From contig OZ024741.1 of assembly GCA_964016885.1 (NCBI GenBank), forward strand, positions 386,446,001 through 386,510,000: a stretch of DNA of 64,000 nucleotides. The letters run 5' to 3'. The notes below the pieces were generated by a model, which did no database searches, was not told the DNA's origin, and saw only the letters and a program-made list of their open reading frames with translations. The stretch's first letter is position 1; every line of letters starts with the position of its first letter. Position numbers and translations under genes: made by a program. Source of the DNA: Eledone cirrhosa (lineage: Eukaryota). Shown one piece after another: positions 1 to 15,713 of the stretch.

Positions 1-470
1 CTCACCCCATTCCTTCCATTCAAATAATAATTGATTCTTTTATTCATGAATTTCTATGTAAAACCTTCTAAAACTCCCCAGTATACTGTTGTGTGTGTTT
101 GTGTGTATGCTGTGTGTATACACATAGTACATACACTTCACCACTGGTTACCAACCCATATAACCCACTTTGTATTGTTAATTCTTCACTTAAATACTCC
201 TTCAGCCTATAAGCCCTATCTATAAATAGCCTTACCCCCCACCTTCTATTCCTATGACCATTATGCCCCTTCTTCTATTCCATTCCTATCTACTAACCAT
301 CCCTACCCCATCATCACACACTGCTTGCTGACCCCTTGCCTGTCCAGATACACTTACCAGTGTCTGGCCTTCCACTTTCTCCATCCGACTAGTTTATTAC
401 TATGATAAATTCAACCGAAACACTACCAAGACCAGTGACCTATTTTTTCACAACGTACAAATATTACTAC

Positions 471-913
<443 letters not shown>

Positions 914-1550
914 TATATATATAAATTTATATATATATATAAATTTTTGTACAGCATAGACGAAGCTCTAGTATACGGCCAAGCTAGCGTGTATGCTTAT
1001 TCGGTTTGTAGCTTTAGCACTCATATGAGGTAAGACCACAGAGTATAACATTATGTTCAGACAGCTTAGCAAATTAGATATAGCAGTCGGCAGTCCGACC
1101 GCATCACTAGAGCAACGAAAATACAGGACCCAGGTATGTATATATATATATATATGTATATATATATAAATTCAGCGAGAATCGTATTTCGGCGGATAGA
1201 AATAAGCGAAACGCAATTTCCGAGTCATGCTGGCAAGCGCTCCATGGACCAAAAGAGACCAGAGCAATAAACATAGGTTATAAAGGCCATACAAACTGAG
1301 AAGGCGGTTAAGAAGCTAACAACTACCTAAGCCAAAGAAACGAGGCAAGCTAAACGGGTCAAACAAAATAAATTAAATATTCACCCGGACCCCTGGGAAT
1401 GATGGTATGATCCAGTACAGGGGTTTTGCGACACCTAAATCAATAATACTGTCTGCTTAAAATAATAAGCTTTTGGTATAATGATCGAACAAGGTTGTCA
1501 CGTTATCAACAGGTATTTTGTTCTGTGCCAGCGTTATGGATATATATATA

Positions 1551-2341
<791 letters not shown>

Positions 2342-2559
2342 GTAAGATCCTGATACCCAATTTAAATCGAGAGGCATCCACTGACAAAGGCCAGGTTTTA
2401 GCGACGTGTTTCAGGGTTGGTAACTAAGGACAGATAACTGATAACAACTTAAGGAAAATCCAGAAACATCATAAATACAATTATTTTGAAGAATTTTAAT
2501 TTTTAGTTAATTATATATAGATTATTATGTATATTATGCATATGCCTTCCACATTGCTG

Positions 2560-5487
2560 TAACTTTTAATAAGTTTATTGCCGGAGCTGTCTTTTCTACA
2601 GATTGCATTGTACAGCTGCTTATGACAAAAGTAACATCTTCGATGTTCATTCTACAGAGTCTACATTTGTTGTCACATCGAGGTGTTTTGCTTACATCCC
2701 CATGTCCGGACGGATGTTAAGCTTCTGGCTCCCTGTTTACGTTTCAGGTAGAGGAGATCTATATCACTATTTATGTGGAAATTTCCGGTGTTGTTTAGGA
2801 TTTCTCGAGTTTTGACATCGATAGCTCGGATTTCATCTATCGCTCAATCGAGTATTCCAAACATTGGTGTTAGGGCGGAACAGCAAACACATTGTGAGCC
2901 ATTGTTTTATTATGCGCAGAGATTTCAGATGAACATATTTTTCTTAACCGGGTGTAATATTGCCTGGTTTCGCGTTCTTTGTCATAGGATATATTCTCAT
3001 CTATCCCCAGGTATCTGTAGCAGTCCTCGTCAGATATAGGTGAAACAGTTAGGTCATTGATAAAAATAGCTAGATTGGTTTGTAGTTTTTTACCGCTATA
3101 CAATCATATATAAACATTTATCTTGGCCAGACTCCATTCCTATATCCTTTGAGAACGTTAAAACCTGGTCAAGATTTTTCTTCATCCCATTTATGTTCTT
3201 GGCATAGAGTTTCATGTCATCCACAAAGAAAATACGGGTTAAGTTCGTATTTCTTTCCTCCTGTGAGCCAATGGTGTATCCTTCAGATTTCTTAAACAGA
3301 AAGGACAAGGAGTTTAATGACGAGATAAATAGTAGCACAGAGAGACTGTCCTCTTGAAATATACCCCTGTGATATTCTATTTTATCAGTGAGAATAGAGT
3401 CCTCCTTCTCTGTGTTTAACTTTAGGATAATAACCCAACAAGACGATAGGTTCTCTATGGCTCTGTTAATAGTGCCTGGGACTTTAGCAAGTCGGAGGGC
3501 TTCTATCATCCAAGAGTGGAGAACAGAATCAAATGCTTTCCTGTAGTCCAACTAGACTGTAACATATTCCTCCTATGTTGCCGCACCTCTGACATCGTGG
3601 TTGTGTTAATTAGGAGTTGGTCAGCACCCCCCCAAACACCTTTCTTCCCAGCTGCTAGCTCATCTGTGATGATGTTATTACTGTCGCAGTGATCTTGGAG
3701 AAATAGGTTCAGGCAGGCTGTATACATTTTATACATCAGGTTCTGTAATACAATGGGTCGGTAGTTTTTTGCTAAGTGGGCGTCATTGCTCTTAGAGTAT
3801 TGTTTGTGCTAATTTCAACCACCCTGGTAGATGTGCATCTCCCTTGAGAGCTTGCTGGTAGAGGTTGATAAAGATGCATCAGATAGAATGTCAGGTTTTT
3901 GTACTAGTAGCCGAAAATAAAGTCTCTTCCTTGTCTCGTCATGGAGTTTTCCTATCAGTCTCAAGAGTATAATCATTTATGTTTGTTTTCATCTGAATCT
4001 TTTATTAATTATTTTTTCTTTCAGTCACCCTCTTCTAGTATCAAAGTTTCTCGCTGACAGTTCTCAATTCTCGTTTGAGGGTGATCAGCTTATATTGAAG
4101 TGTTCTGGTTGTAATGTCTCCAAAGATCGTTTCTATTTTATTTTTCAGTTTTTGTTGGTGAGGAGTGTAGTTTTTTTGTTTTTGTTTGCATGTAAGGAGC
4201 ATTGTCACATATCCTATAGTTTTTCCGCAGGTCAGCAATCTTTTGTTTTATTTTTGTAAAATGCGATAGCATTTTTTGCGGTTATTTGGTTTTGTTAACA
4301 TCTGTTTCACTGTCGTTGCCAGGACATATAAACAGACGTTGATCTGCCAAAAAGTAGGGGGCTTCAATTCGTCGTAAATATTCACCATCTATTTCATCAA
4401 TAGCATGCAGAATTTCATTATTTGATTTCTTTGGGGGTGGATTGGCAGTATCGGTAGAGGGTCGGACGCCATGCTTTGCAGCATAGTTACGTCCCTTTAC
4501 GGACTGAGTTCAAATCCCGCCGAGGTTAACTTTGCCTTTCATCCTTACGGGGTCGATAAAATAAAGTACCAGTAATGCACTGAGTAATTGCTGGCTTTGT
4601 GCCTAAAGTAGAAACAATTATTTGGTTTCTTTTTGTTTATATCGTACCGCGAGATAAACGTTTATATATGAATTAATTTTTGCCTGGAAAGTTTCGCTGA
4701 CTGTAAATTTCAATTGTTCATACTCGTGATTTTCTTAGCAAATGGCGGATATAATATTATTAAGTGTTTTGATGTTGATCAACGTGGCTGCGATATTCCA
4801 TTGCCGTCGAGGTAAAATCAGTTGATACATGTGGTGTCAGATTTCTTGCCGGCATAGTTGTTGCAAGGGACTGTTTGTGTATTTCTGTTGTTTGTTGATG
4901 GTCTGCCTGGCTGCTAGAAAGCCTAGTAACATGGCGACTTGTAACACGTGTTGTTGACTGCATGTTCAATCTGGGGGGACGTACAATGAATAATATTCAT
5001 GTTATTTTTACCTTCAACAAACGTTCCTTGTTGGTGTAATTGTCTGGCTTTGGGTGTATTTCGTCTCAGTATAGCACCATTCTGTTCATATAGCCAACAG
5101 AGGGATCTTTTTTGCCATTTCATGATAATTAAATAAATCATTATTAAGTTCATAACACCAAGAAAATGTGATTTATAATTTCGGTTCCTTCTGAAGAAAT
5201 TTTGTTTACCTTTCTCGTTGTTGTTTTTCTTCAGTTCTCTACTAATGTTGTTGATATTGATGTTATGTTCAGTCATGCGGCGAGTAACAAATCCTTGTAA
5301 AATGAATTTAGTATTTAGTCGGATATATCTACGAATTCAAATAAAAAATGTCTTCAGTGAGTACAATTAGAAGAATATCCTGTTATTCAACACGGCTGCT
5401 TTTTGTGGCATTAATGTCGTAGATAGTATTCATCTTAAATTTAATGAATAGTCTCCTTCGCCAATGTATGCGACTGGTCGCGTTGAT
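2560..5487 (-). mobile_element. Degenerate R4/Dong-like non-LTR retrotransposon (RT region, frameshifted)
   Basis: ORF pieces 2870-3736 give DYRKAFDSV, GIFQEDSLS, FFVDDMKLY and YRYLG, clearly homologous to the 24779-27280 ORF. The 5' end abuts (TATG)n. Confidence 0.85.
4433..4620 (+). mobile_element. tRNA-derived SINE (family A) inserted in the R4-like relic
   Basis: A-box-like tggcagtatcgg, B-box gagttcaaatcc, core gcctttcatccttacggggtcgataaaataaagtacc. ~16-bp TSD attatttgrtttcttt. Confidence 0.9.
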
Positions 5488-5544
5488 GTATGTATGTATG
5501 TATGTATGTATGTATGTATGTATGTATGTATGTATGTATGTATG

Positions 5545-6146
5545 CACCAGTTTGTGCTACTGGTAACATGTATCCCAGTACAACCTGTCCCATGGTCGGG
5601 TCGTTGGCGACTAAACTGGCAACCCCACCAAGGTTTCTTGGTGAGGAGGGTGACTTTGGACATCCTGCAGGACTAAAAACAAGACCTGTCAAAGGGCAAA
5701 GGAGCTCTTAAGAGTCAATGGCCATCCAAAATCACCGGGAGAGATGACCCCTTAGCCTTTGTCAAGGCAGAATTCTAGGAGAAGGAAAACTCTGATATAA
5801 TACCTGCAACTCTGATGGTATCCAATGATGTTGACTTGTTCTTCTTTTTAGTAAATATCATCTTGGTTAAGAGAGTGGGACTGGCTTTGTGCAGTGCCTT
5901 TGCTCACTATAAAAGCTTCACGGCACAGGCATTGCTTTATATCTGGAGATCTCTCTGCACTTGTCGTCACAGGGTACCATGGGCCCAGCACTATGGGTCA
6001 ATAATTGTCACAAGTGTAGTGTTTGTACCAGAGTTTTCAAGTCGCTGGCTGGACTAAAATGTCACTCGTTCAGCGCATCGGTAGGGGTTCTCCTACATGG
6101 ATATAAAGTAGTGGCCGTACTCGAAAACGAGTTGGCAACCACCATG
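5545..6146 (+). mobile_element. ~600-bp non-autonomous RTE-related retroelement (family B), copy 1
   Basis: Near-identical copies at 19730, 23032 and 30266. (TATG)n on both sides; 3' end resembles the RTE 3' end. Confidence 0.85.
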
Positions 6147-6315
6147 TATGTATGTATGTATGTATGTATGTATGTATGTATGTATGTATGTATGTATGTA
6201 TGTATGTATGTATGTATGTATGCAAACATTCATGCATATATATTTGTATACATACATATATATATGTGGAAATATATATATGTGTGTGTGTGCATGCGTG
6301 TGTGTATGTGTGTGA

Positions 6316-6376
<61 letters not shown>

Positions 6377-6484
6377 TGTGTGTGTATGTGTATGTGTATG
6401 TGTGTGTATGTGTGTGTGTATGCATGAGTGTATGAGTGGTTGTAAATACTGTAACTTTGCTAATGGCGATACAACAGCAGCAGC

Positions 6485-9400
6485 TGATGATGATGGTGGT
6501 GATGGTGATGGTGATGATGTTGATGGTGGTGACGGTGATGGTGATGATGATGATGTTGATGGTGGTGACGGTGATGGTGATGATGATGATATTGATGGTG
6601 GTGATGGTGATGGTGATGATGATGATGTTGATGGTGGTGATGGTGATGGTGATGGTGATGATGTTGATGGTGGTGATGGTGATGGTGATGGTGATGATGT
6701 TGATGGTGGTGATGGTGATGGTGATGATGATGATGTTGATGGTGGTGATGGTGATGATGATGATGTTGATGGTGGTGATGGTGATGGTGATGGTGAAGAT
6801 GTTGATGGTGGTGACGGTGATGGTGATGATGATGATGGTGATGGTGATGATGATGATGTTGATGGTGATGATGATGATGTTGATGGTGGTGATGGTGATG
6901 GTGATGGTGATGATGTTGATGGTGGTGATGGTGATGGTGATGATGATGATGTTGATGGTGGTGATGGTGATGATGATGATGTTGATGGTGGTGATGGTGA
7001 TGGTGATGGTGAAGATGTTGATGGTGGTGACGGTGATGGTGATGATGATGATGTTGATGGTGGTGATGGTGATGGTGATGATGATGATGTTGATGGTGGT
7101 GACGGTGATGGTGATGATGATGATGTTGATGGTGGTGACGGTGATGGTGATGATGATGATGGTGATGGTGATGATGATGATGTTGATGGTGATGGTGATG
7201 ATGTTGATGGTGGTGATGGTGATGGTGATGGTGATGATGTTGATGGTGGTGATGGTGATGGTGATGATGATGATGTTGATGGTGGTGATGGTGATGATGA
7301 TGATGTTGATGGTGGTGATGGTGATGGTGATGGTGATGATGATGATGTTGATGGTGGTGACGGTGATGGTGATGATGATGATGTTGATGGTGGTGACGGT
7401 GATGGTGATGATGATGATGTTGATGGTGGTGATGGTGATGGTGATGGTGATGATGTTGATGGTGGTGATGGTGATGGTGATGATGATGATGTTGATGGTG
7501 GTGATGGTGATGGTGATGATGATGATGTTGATGGTGGTGATGGTGATGGTGATGATGATGATGTTGATGGTGGTGACGGTGATGGTGATGATGATGATGG
7601 TGATGGTGATGATGATGATGTTGATGGTGATGATGATGATGTTGATGGTGGTGATGGTGATGGTGATGATGATGATGTTGATGATGGTGATGGTGATGAT
7701 GATGATGTTGATGGTGGTGACGGTGATGGTGATGATGATGATGTTGATGGTGGTGACGGTGATGGTGATGATGATGATGTTGATGGTGGGTGACGGTGAT
7801 GGTGATGATGATGATGTTGATGGTGGTGATGGTGATGGTGATGATGATGATGGTGATGGTGGTGATGGTGATGGTGATGGTGATGATGGTAACAATGATG
7901 ATGACGACGATGATGATGATGGTGAAGACGATGACGATGTTGTTCATGATGACGATGATGATGATGATGGTTACGATGATGGTGATTAAGATGATGATGA
8001 TGATGATGATGATTGAGATGATGATGGTGATGATGATGGTGATTAAGATGATGGTGGTGACGATGATGGTGGTGGTGGTGACGACGATGGTGGTGACGGT
8101 GACGATGGTGGTGGTGGTGACGATGGTGGTGGTGGTGGTGACGATGGTGGTGGTGGTGGTGACGATGGTGGTGGTGGTGGTGGTGGTGACGATGGTGGTG
8201 GTGGTGGTGGTGGTGGTGGTGGTGGTGGTGGTGGTGGTGGTGGTGACGATGGTGGTGGTGGTGGTGACGATGGTGGTGGTGGTGGTGACGATGGTGGTGG
8301 TGGTGGTGGTGGTGGTGGTGGTGGTGGTGGTGGTGACGATGGTGGTGGTGGTGGTGACGATGGTGGTGGTGGTGGTGGTGGTGGTGACGATGGTGGTGGT
8401 GGTGGTGGTGGTGGTGACGGTGGTGGTGACGATGGTGGTGGTGGTGGTGGTGACGATGGTGGTGACGATGGTGGTGGTGGTGGTGGTGACGATGGTGGTG
8501 GTGGTGGTGGTGACGATGGTGGTGACGATGATGGTGGTGGTGGTGGTGGTGACGATGGTGGTGACGATGATGGTGGTGGTGGTGGTGGTGGTGACGGTGG
8601 TGGTGACGATGGTGGTGGTGGTGGTGGTGACGATGGTGGTGACGATGGTGGTGGTGGTGGTGGTGACGATGGTGGTGGTGGTGGTGGTGACGATGGTGGT
8701 GACGATGATGGTGGTGGTGGTGGTGGTGACGATGGTGGTGACGATGATGGTGGTGGTGGTGACGACGATGGTGGTGACGGTGACGATGGTGGTGGTGGTG
8801 ACGATGGTGGTGGTGGTGGTGACGATGGTGGTGGTGGTGGTGACGATGGTGGTGACGATGATGGTGGTGGTGGTGACGACGATGGTGGTGACGGTGACGA
8901 TGGTGGTGGTGGTGGTGGTGACGATGGTGGTGACGATGGTGGTGGTGGTGGTGGTGACGATGGTGGTGGTGGTGGTGGTGACGATGGTGGTGACGATGAT
9001 GGTGGTGGTGGTGGTGGTGACGATGGTGGTGACGATGATGGTGGTGGTGGTGGTGGTGGTGACGGTGGTGGTGACGATGGTGGTGGTGGTGGTGGTGACG
9101 ATGGTGGTGACGATGGTGGTGGTGGTGGTGGTGACGATGGTGGTGGTGGTGGTGGTGACGATGGTGGTGACGATGATGGTGGTGGTGGTGGTGGTGACGA
9201 TGGTGGTGACGATGATGGTGGTGGTGGTGACGACGATGGTGGTGACGGTGACGATGGTGGTGGTGGTGACGATGGTGGTGGTGGTGGTGACGATGGTGGT
9301 GGTGGTGGTGACGATGGTGGTGACGATGATGGTGGTGGTGGTGACGACGATGGTGGTGACGGTGACGATGGTGGTGGTGGTGACGATGGTGGTGGTGGTG

Positions 9401-9945
9401 GTGACGATGGTGGTGGTGGTGGTGACGATGGTGGTGGTGGTGGTGACGATGGTGGTGGTGGTGGTGACGATGGTGGTGGTGGTGGTGACGATGGTGGTGG
9501 TGGTGGTGACGATGGTGGTGGTGGTGGTGACGATGGTGGTGACGATGGTGGTGGTGGTGGTGGTGGTGACGATGGTGGTGGTGGTGGTGGTGGTGGTGGT
9601 GGTGGTGGTGGTGGTGGTGGTGGTGACGATGGTGGTGGTGGTGGTGACGATGGTGGTGGTGGTGGTGACGATGGTGGTGGTGGTGGTGGTGGTGGTGGTG
9701 GTGGTGGTGGTGGTGACGATGGTGGTGGTGGTGGTGACGATGGTGGTGGTGGTGGTGGTGGTGGTGACGATGGTGGTGGTGGTGGTGGTGGTGGTGACGG
9801 TGGTGGTGACGATGGTGGTGGTGGTGGTGGTGACGATGGTGGTGACGATGGTGGTGGTGGTGGTGGTGACGATGGTGGTGGTGGTGGTGGTGACGATGGT
9901 GGTGGTGGTGGTGGTGACGATGGTGGTGGTGGTGGTGGTGACGAT
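6485..9945. repeat. Compound (GAT/GGT/GAC/GTT)n trinucleotide satellite, ~3.5 kb, two domains
   Basis: 6485-~7870 built from ~33-36-bp GAT-rich units; ~8050-9945 built from (GGT)n GACGAT units. Confidence 0.95.
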
Positions 9946-10099
9946 GTCCACTATCGCCATTAATGTTGAGGAATGAAGGTGGAATGCGGGAGAAATGAAT
10001 GAATGACGTGAATCAATAGATGTTGTTGCAGAGGTGAATGTAGAGGGGGAGGGGGGTAAAGATAGTGAAACATCTAGAAGGATGGGGTGGGAGTAGTAG

Positions 10100-10376
10100 G
10101 GGGGAGAGAGAGGCGAGAGATAGAGGGAGAAAGAGAGAGAATAGAAAGGGGCAAGAGAAAGAGAGAGTTGGAAGCATTGTGAGAGAGAAAGGAGAGCGAG
10201 AAAGAGTCAGATGCAGAGAGGGAGGGAGAGAGAGGGTGAGAGAGAGGGAGTGAGAGAGAGGGGGAGAGAGAGGAAGATATAGAGGCAGACAGAGAGGGAG
10301 AAAGAAGGAGAGAGAGAGAAAGAGGGAGAGAGAGAGAGGGAGAAACAGCAATAGAGAGAGAGAGGCAGAGAGAAAT

Positions 10377-10435
<59 letters not shown>

Positions 10436-10613
10436 AGAGAGAGAAATAGAAGGTGAGAAGTAATTTCGTAAATTGTTGGAAAAGTAAAAAACATCAAAAC
10501 ATGGAAACAAAACGATTTAAAAAAAAAAAACTCAAAAAAAAACTCAACATATATATATATATACATATATATACATACATGCATGCATACATATATACAT
10601 ATATATATATGTG

Positions 10614-10709
<96 letters not shown>

Positions 10710-10745
10710 GATACACACACACACACTTATATACATGTATATATG

Positions 10746-10812
<67 letters not shown>

Positions 10813-10853
10813 GTACATATATATGTGTGTATATATATGTGTGTATATATATA

Positions 10854-10910
<57 letters not shown>

Positions 10911-11120
10911 CTATGTATCTTTACATATTTGCGAATATATATATACTGTATATGCATACATACTTACATACATAAATACATACCTGCATACGTACATTCA
11001 TACATACATACATACATATATACATAGATACATGTATACATACATACATACATACTTATCTACCTATCAACATACATACATACATACATATATACATAGA
11101 TACATGTATACATACATAAT
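10100..11120. repeat. Purine-rich (GA)n followed by (TA)n/(TG)n/(CATA)n microsatellites
   Basis: Direct reading. Confidence 0.9.
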
Positions 11121-11328
11121 AGTTATGAAGTGAATGTTGCTGAAGTATTTGTGGCATGAGAAGTATGGGGAAGTGTAATTGTTAGCTTGAGGGTAGAGAA
11201 GAATGGGGTTGGGGTGAAGGAGGTAGTGCATAGACTTGGTAGGGATGGGTGGGTGGGGTGGAAAGGGGAGGAAGTGTGTTGGGGTTTGGAAATTGTATTA
11301 GTGAACAACTAGCATCTGATGTAAAGGT

Positions 11329-11402
<74 letters not shown>

Positions 11403-11530
11403 TTATGTATATATGTATACATACACACATATATAGACATATACACATACATGTATATGTTATATACTTTTTACTATGACTTTTGACCCTTTTCATATTG
11501 CTTTTGCATATTCGGCTTATGAGTGCGAGA

Positions 11531-11872
11531 CATACATGATGGCTGCCCCCTCGTTATCGAGTATGGCCATTGCACGAAAAATAAAACGTAATTAAGACAA
11601 AAACAACAATACTAATAATAATTGTTTCTACGTTAGGCACAAGGCCAGCAAATACCCAGTGTATTACTGGTTCTTTATTTTAAGGACCCCGTAAGGATGA
11701 AAGGCAAAGTTAACCTCGGTGGGATTTGAACTCAGAATGTCAAGGGCCGTAACTCTATGCGCCAAAGCATGGCATCCGACACTCTACCGATGCTGCCAAT
11801 CCAATAATAAAATGTATATATACACACACACATATACATATCTATATATACATACACACACATATACATATC

Positions 11873-11944
<72 letters not shown>

Positions 11945-12528
11945 AACAATTAAGAGTGCTGCGATCGAATGGCTTGTTAGCCCAGCCAATGATCTAAAAT
12001 GTCTTGCACAGAGTCGGCAACCAAAACATTCACTGGGAATAGCCGGCTGTGGTTGGAGCTCATGTACTTTTGCATGTCGTTTGAACCCTCCTGTTGATCT
12101 ACACTCTCTATCTCTACCACATGTTTGGCAAGCATGATGAGTAGCATCTCCAACAGCAGCCTGGTAGTCAACCACTGGTCTTACTTTATGACTACGAAGA
12201 TGACTTTCGAGTCCAGCTTTGCTGAGACAGAGTCTCGCACAGACGCTGCATGTCAGCACCATAGGAGGACCCTCGCCGTCTGGAAATGCAACGGTAATGT
12301 CCTTCCTCACATTCCTCTTTACTTTTTCGTATGCGATTCGAGATGCCTCAAAGGCAACTTTCTCCTCATATACAGTCTTTCTCCATTTATTACGATCAGC
12401 AGCAATATTTTCCCATGTATCAGCAGAGATGTTAGCGTCTTTCAAAGAGGCTTTCAACGAATCCTTGTACCTCTTTTTTGGTTTATGTGGCGGTCGTTTT
12501 CCTTTAACTAACTCTCCATAAAAGAGTT
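11531..12528 (-). mobile_element. 5'-truncated RTE LINE, copy 1 (C-terminal zinc fingers and 3' UTR)
   Basis: Reverse-complement match to 22085-22980, with small indels. 3' stem-loop tail at 11537-11577; CATA repeats at both ends. Confidence 0.92.
11619..11783 (-). mobile_element. SINE family A nested in the RTE 3' UTR
   Basis: Reverse complement of 4433-4620. Confidence 0.88.
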
Positions 12529-12554
12529 ATACATACATACACGCATACCCCCCC

Positions 12555-12607
<53 letters not shown>

Positions 12608-12622
12608 CACACACATGTATGT

Positions 12623-12673
12623 TCTTATTTGATGATCCTGTGAGAAGCAGGTGAAACATCCCGAGTAACAAGA
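12623..12673 (+). ncRNA. Hammerhead-like motif
   Basis: tcttat-TTGATGA-t-cctg/cagg-t-GAAA-C...G-TA-acaaga. Confidence 0.55.
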
Positions 12674-12769
12674 CTTTCTATTAACCTTAATATTTGCGAA
12701 ACATTTCCTAACACTAATCACCAAATACTATTGATCTGACAATGTATATCACGCTCTATTTGATAATAT

Positions 12770-13020
12770 TGACGTATGATCGGAATGTCGTCGTTTCGAT
12801 TCCTGGACAGACTACTGCGTTGTGTTCTTGGGTAAAACACTTTATTTTATGTTTCTACAGTATATTCAGTTGAGAGTGACTTCCGGCAGAGACGAGGGAT
12901 TTAAACCTGTGATAGACCAGCGTTTTATTTAGGGAAAGACTTGTACTCTCAGTTGTTTATCGCCAGGGAAACCAGGGATAACACCTGCCTGATGAGCCTT
13001 CGACTTAGAACGGACTTAAC
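12770..13020 (+). mobile_element. Degenerate CORE-type SINE
   Basis: ttcgattcc B-box followed by gcgttgtgttcttgggtaaaacacttt (CORE-like). Confidence 0.6.
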
Positions 13021-14365
13021 ATATATATCTGCACAAAAAACAGCAAATCTATACCATTTTACACCTAAATCATCATATGTCTAGCTATGTTAATTTAGTA
13101 GAAATTGCCTAAAAAGAAGTAATATACACGACAACAGAATTTAAAGATATATAAACCGACGAAATCCACATCGGAGCGCCGAGCGGTATGTTCAAATTTA
13201 GATACATACTACATATAATTTTATTCCGCAATATTTTCAGAAGAAATGCAGTGAATATATTGAAAATAAAAGGAATAATATAAATATAAATATAAAATGG
13301 GCCATAACAGACATGGCTAAACCTTACATAAATAGTCCTGTACCGCATAAAATATACAATAATTACTCAACAATTATACTTTCTTAGTAGAAGAAATGAA
13401 ACAAGAGTAAGTTCAGATTTAAACTAAAAAGTTATGAACAATTTTAGCAAAACAAGATTGGCAGACACAAGGTACATATAGTATAAACAAATAAATAAAA
13501 AAAAACTGCAGCAAAACACGTTGAAGTTTAGGAAGTCAGGAGGCGATTATATAGATAGAACGACTACTGGATTGAAAAAATGATATACAACACAATTTCA
13601 TAAAACACCTTTAGGAACTGAAGAACTATATGGAGATAAACAACAAGCAAAGTTTTTTAAAATCGTAAAAAAAAAAAAAGAAACTGAAACGAACCAAACA
13701 ATTGGCGAATGAAACGATGACAACCATAAACAATGTCATAATAACACGTTAGATGCCAATATAGTTCTTGCTTTTAAAGACCTCTTATACATGAATTAAT
13801 ACAAATATGTGTATGTGTGTGCCTATGTGTCTGCGGCGAGTGTGTGTGTGTGTGCGCGTATGTGTCTGCGTGCGCGCGCGCGCGCGTGTGTGTGTGAGTC
13901 ATTGCATGCGTGTGTGTGTGTGTGCACGTATACATATAACTCTTACGTGGACCTTTTAAATTCGTTGGATTTTCACATTGAATTTTCACCCTGAGACTGG
14001 ATTTATACCCGGGCTCTACCTGAACTCCCACCTGGATATCTTTTCGGATCACTGGATTTTTTTTCTTTGCTTTTTGCATTACACGAATATCCCACGACTC
14101 ACTATTGCTTTTCCTCCACTATTCACTTCTAACGTCTCCCTTCTCACCTTCTCCATCTCAGCAATCTATTTCTTTGTCATCCCTCTCGAGTTTCCACACC
14201 CTCTTACTCTACCATCCACCCGTGTGTTTTCGCCACTTCTTTCCACCACTTCACGTCCTTTTCTACTAAGTATGCACGTGCATTTTTGTCTCCTTTCCCC
14301 CTCATTTTCCCCCGTTCCTTCCTTTTATCCCTCTTTGCTTTCAGTTTATCTTCTATTTCTAACTC

Positions 14366-14404
14366 TATCTTCTGATGAAGGACTAGTATCCGAAACGTTA
14401 AAAC
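14366..14404 (+). ncRNA. Minimal hammerhead motif in a pLTR-like fragment (related degenerate motif at ~36243-36278)
   Basis: CTGATGA-a-gga ctagta tcc-GAAACGTT. Confidence 0.55.
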
Positions 14405-14629
14405 TCTTTTCCTGCTATTTGAAGCGTTAAACTAATATATTTCTTCCATGTACAGTGTCATTTGTTTTGTTATTTCTGTTTACCTTTTACCCCCCCCCCC
14501 CCCCCTCCACCCACATATATATGTGTATATATATATATAAATATAAATATAAGTGTGTGTGTGTGTGTGCTTGTGTTCGTGTGTATATGTATAAGCACTC
14601 ATATATATATATATATATATAAAACCTAA

Positions 14630-15266
14630 TATATGTATTAACTTGCTAGGCTGCCGTGAGAAGTACATAGGACAATCTAACAACAGTCTTCGTCAGTGTA
14701 TGACCGTTCATAGATCCCAAATTAGAATACGGGGAGACAGAAAAGTACCACTGAGTGAACACATTGACATCTGCGCCTCTAATGAACAACCCGACTTCAG
14801 AATTTCCCCCTCTATACATTTAAAGATAACACTACTCACAATCAACGTATTAGCCAAGAGTCATACGTCATCACATAATACGAACCCGTTTAAATGCATC
14901 CACCAAAGGGGACACTGCAACATACACCCAACATTGACTCCAATGGACAAATTAAGAACGACAGTATTTCGTACAGAAATACTAAGAAAAAGTAAAAGAG
15001 TATATCTAGAAGCAATGACTACTTTAGGTCAATTTTAGGCCACTCTACCACTAAGGTCAGTCCCACAGACAGCTTCAATTATTACTAGCAATAATAATAA
15101 TATTACTACCACACCTCCCCGTCGTCTCCTTCTACCTCTCCTTCTCCTCCTTCGTCTTTTCCTTCCTCCTCCTTCCCTCCTTCTTCTTCTTCTTCTTCTT
15201 CTTCTTCTTCTTCTTCTTCTTCTTCTTCTTCTTCTTCTTCTTCTTCTTCTTCTTCTTCTTCTTCTT

Positions 15267-15330
<64 letters not shown>

Positions 15331-15415
15331 CATTGAAGTCAACAGCCAGTCAGACAGTAACAGGGAACAAGCCAACTTCTATTTTAGCTGCTACTACCAC
15401 CAAACCACCAAGGAG

Positions 15416-15465
<50 letters not shown>

Positions 15466-15713
15466 AAGAGAGTGAGATAAACGAAAATGTGAACTTACAT
15501 ATATAGATATATGTAAATTATGTTCTCTAATACCCTCTTCAAATAAATATACACCTTAATTTTATCATATACTTTTTATTATATTTCCTGTAGTATGCAG
15601 AAGCCGAAACAATTATCGGCCGAAACCAGTACGACAAATTACTTTTAAAAAATGATTTGCTGTTATTCTATGAGAAAACCCCATTAGTATTTTCTACTTG
15701 TTTTCTTATTTTC

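Noticed and set aside
950-1010. Additional hammerhead
   Set aside because: Flanking gcata/tatgc pairing exists, but the core and GAAA are too degenerate to call.
5961-9976. Long ORFs (610, 600, 517, 1166, 728 aa) resembling mucin, His-rich or Gly/Asp-rich proteins
   Set aside because: They are open on both strands only because the triplet satellite lacks stops. The starts fall in a retroelement or microsatellite, and there is no splice or domain evidence.
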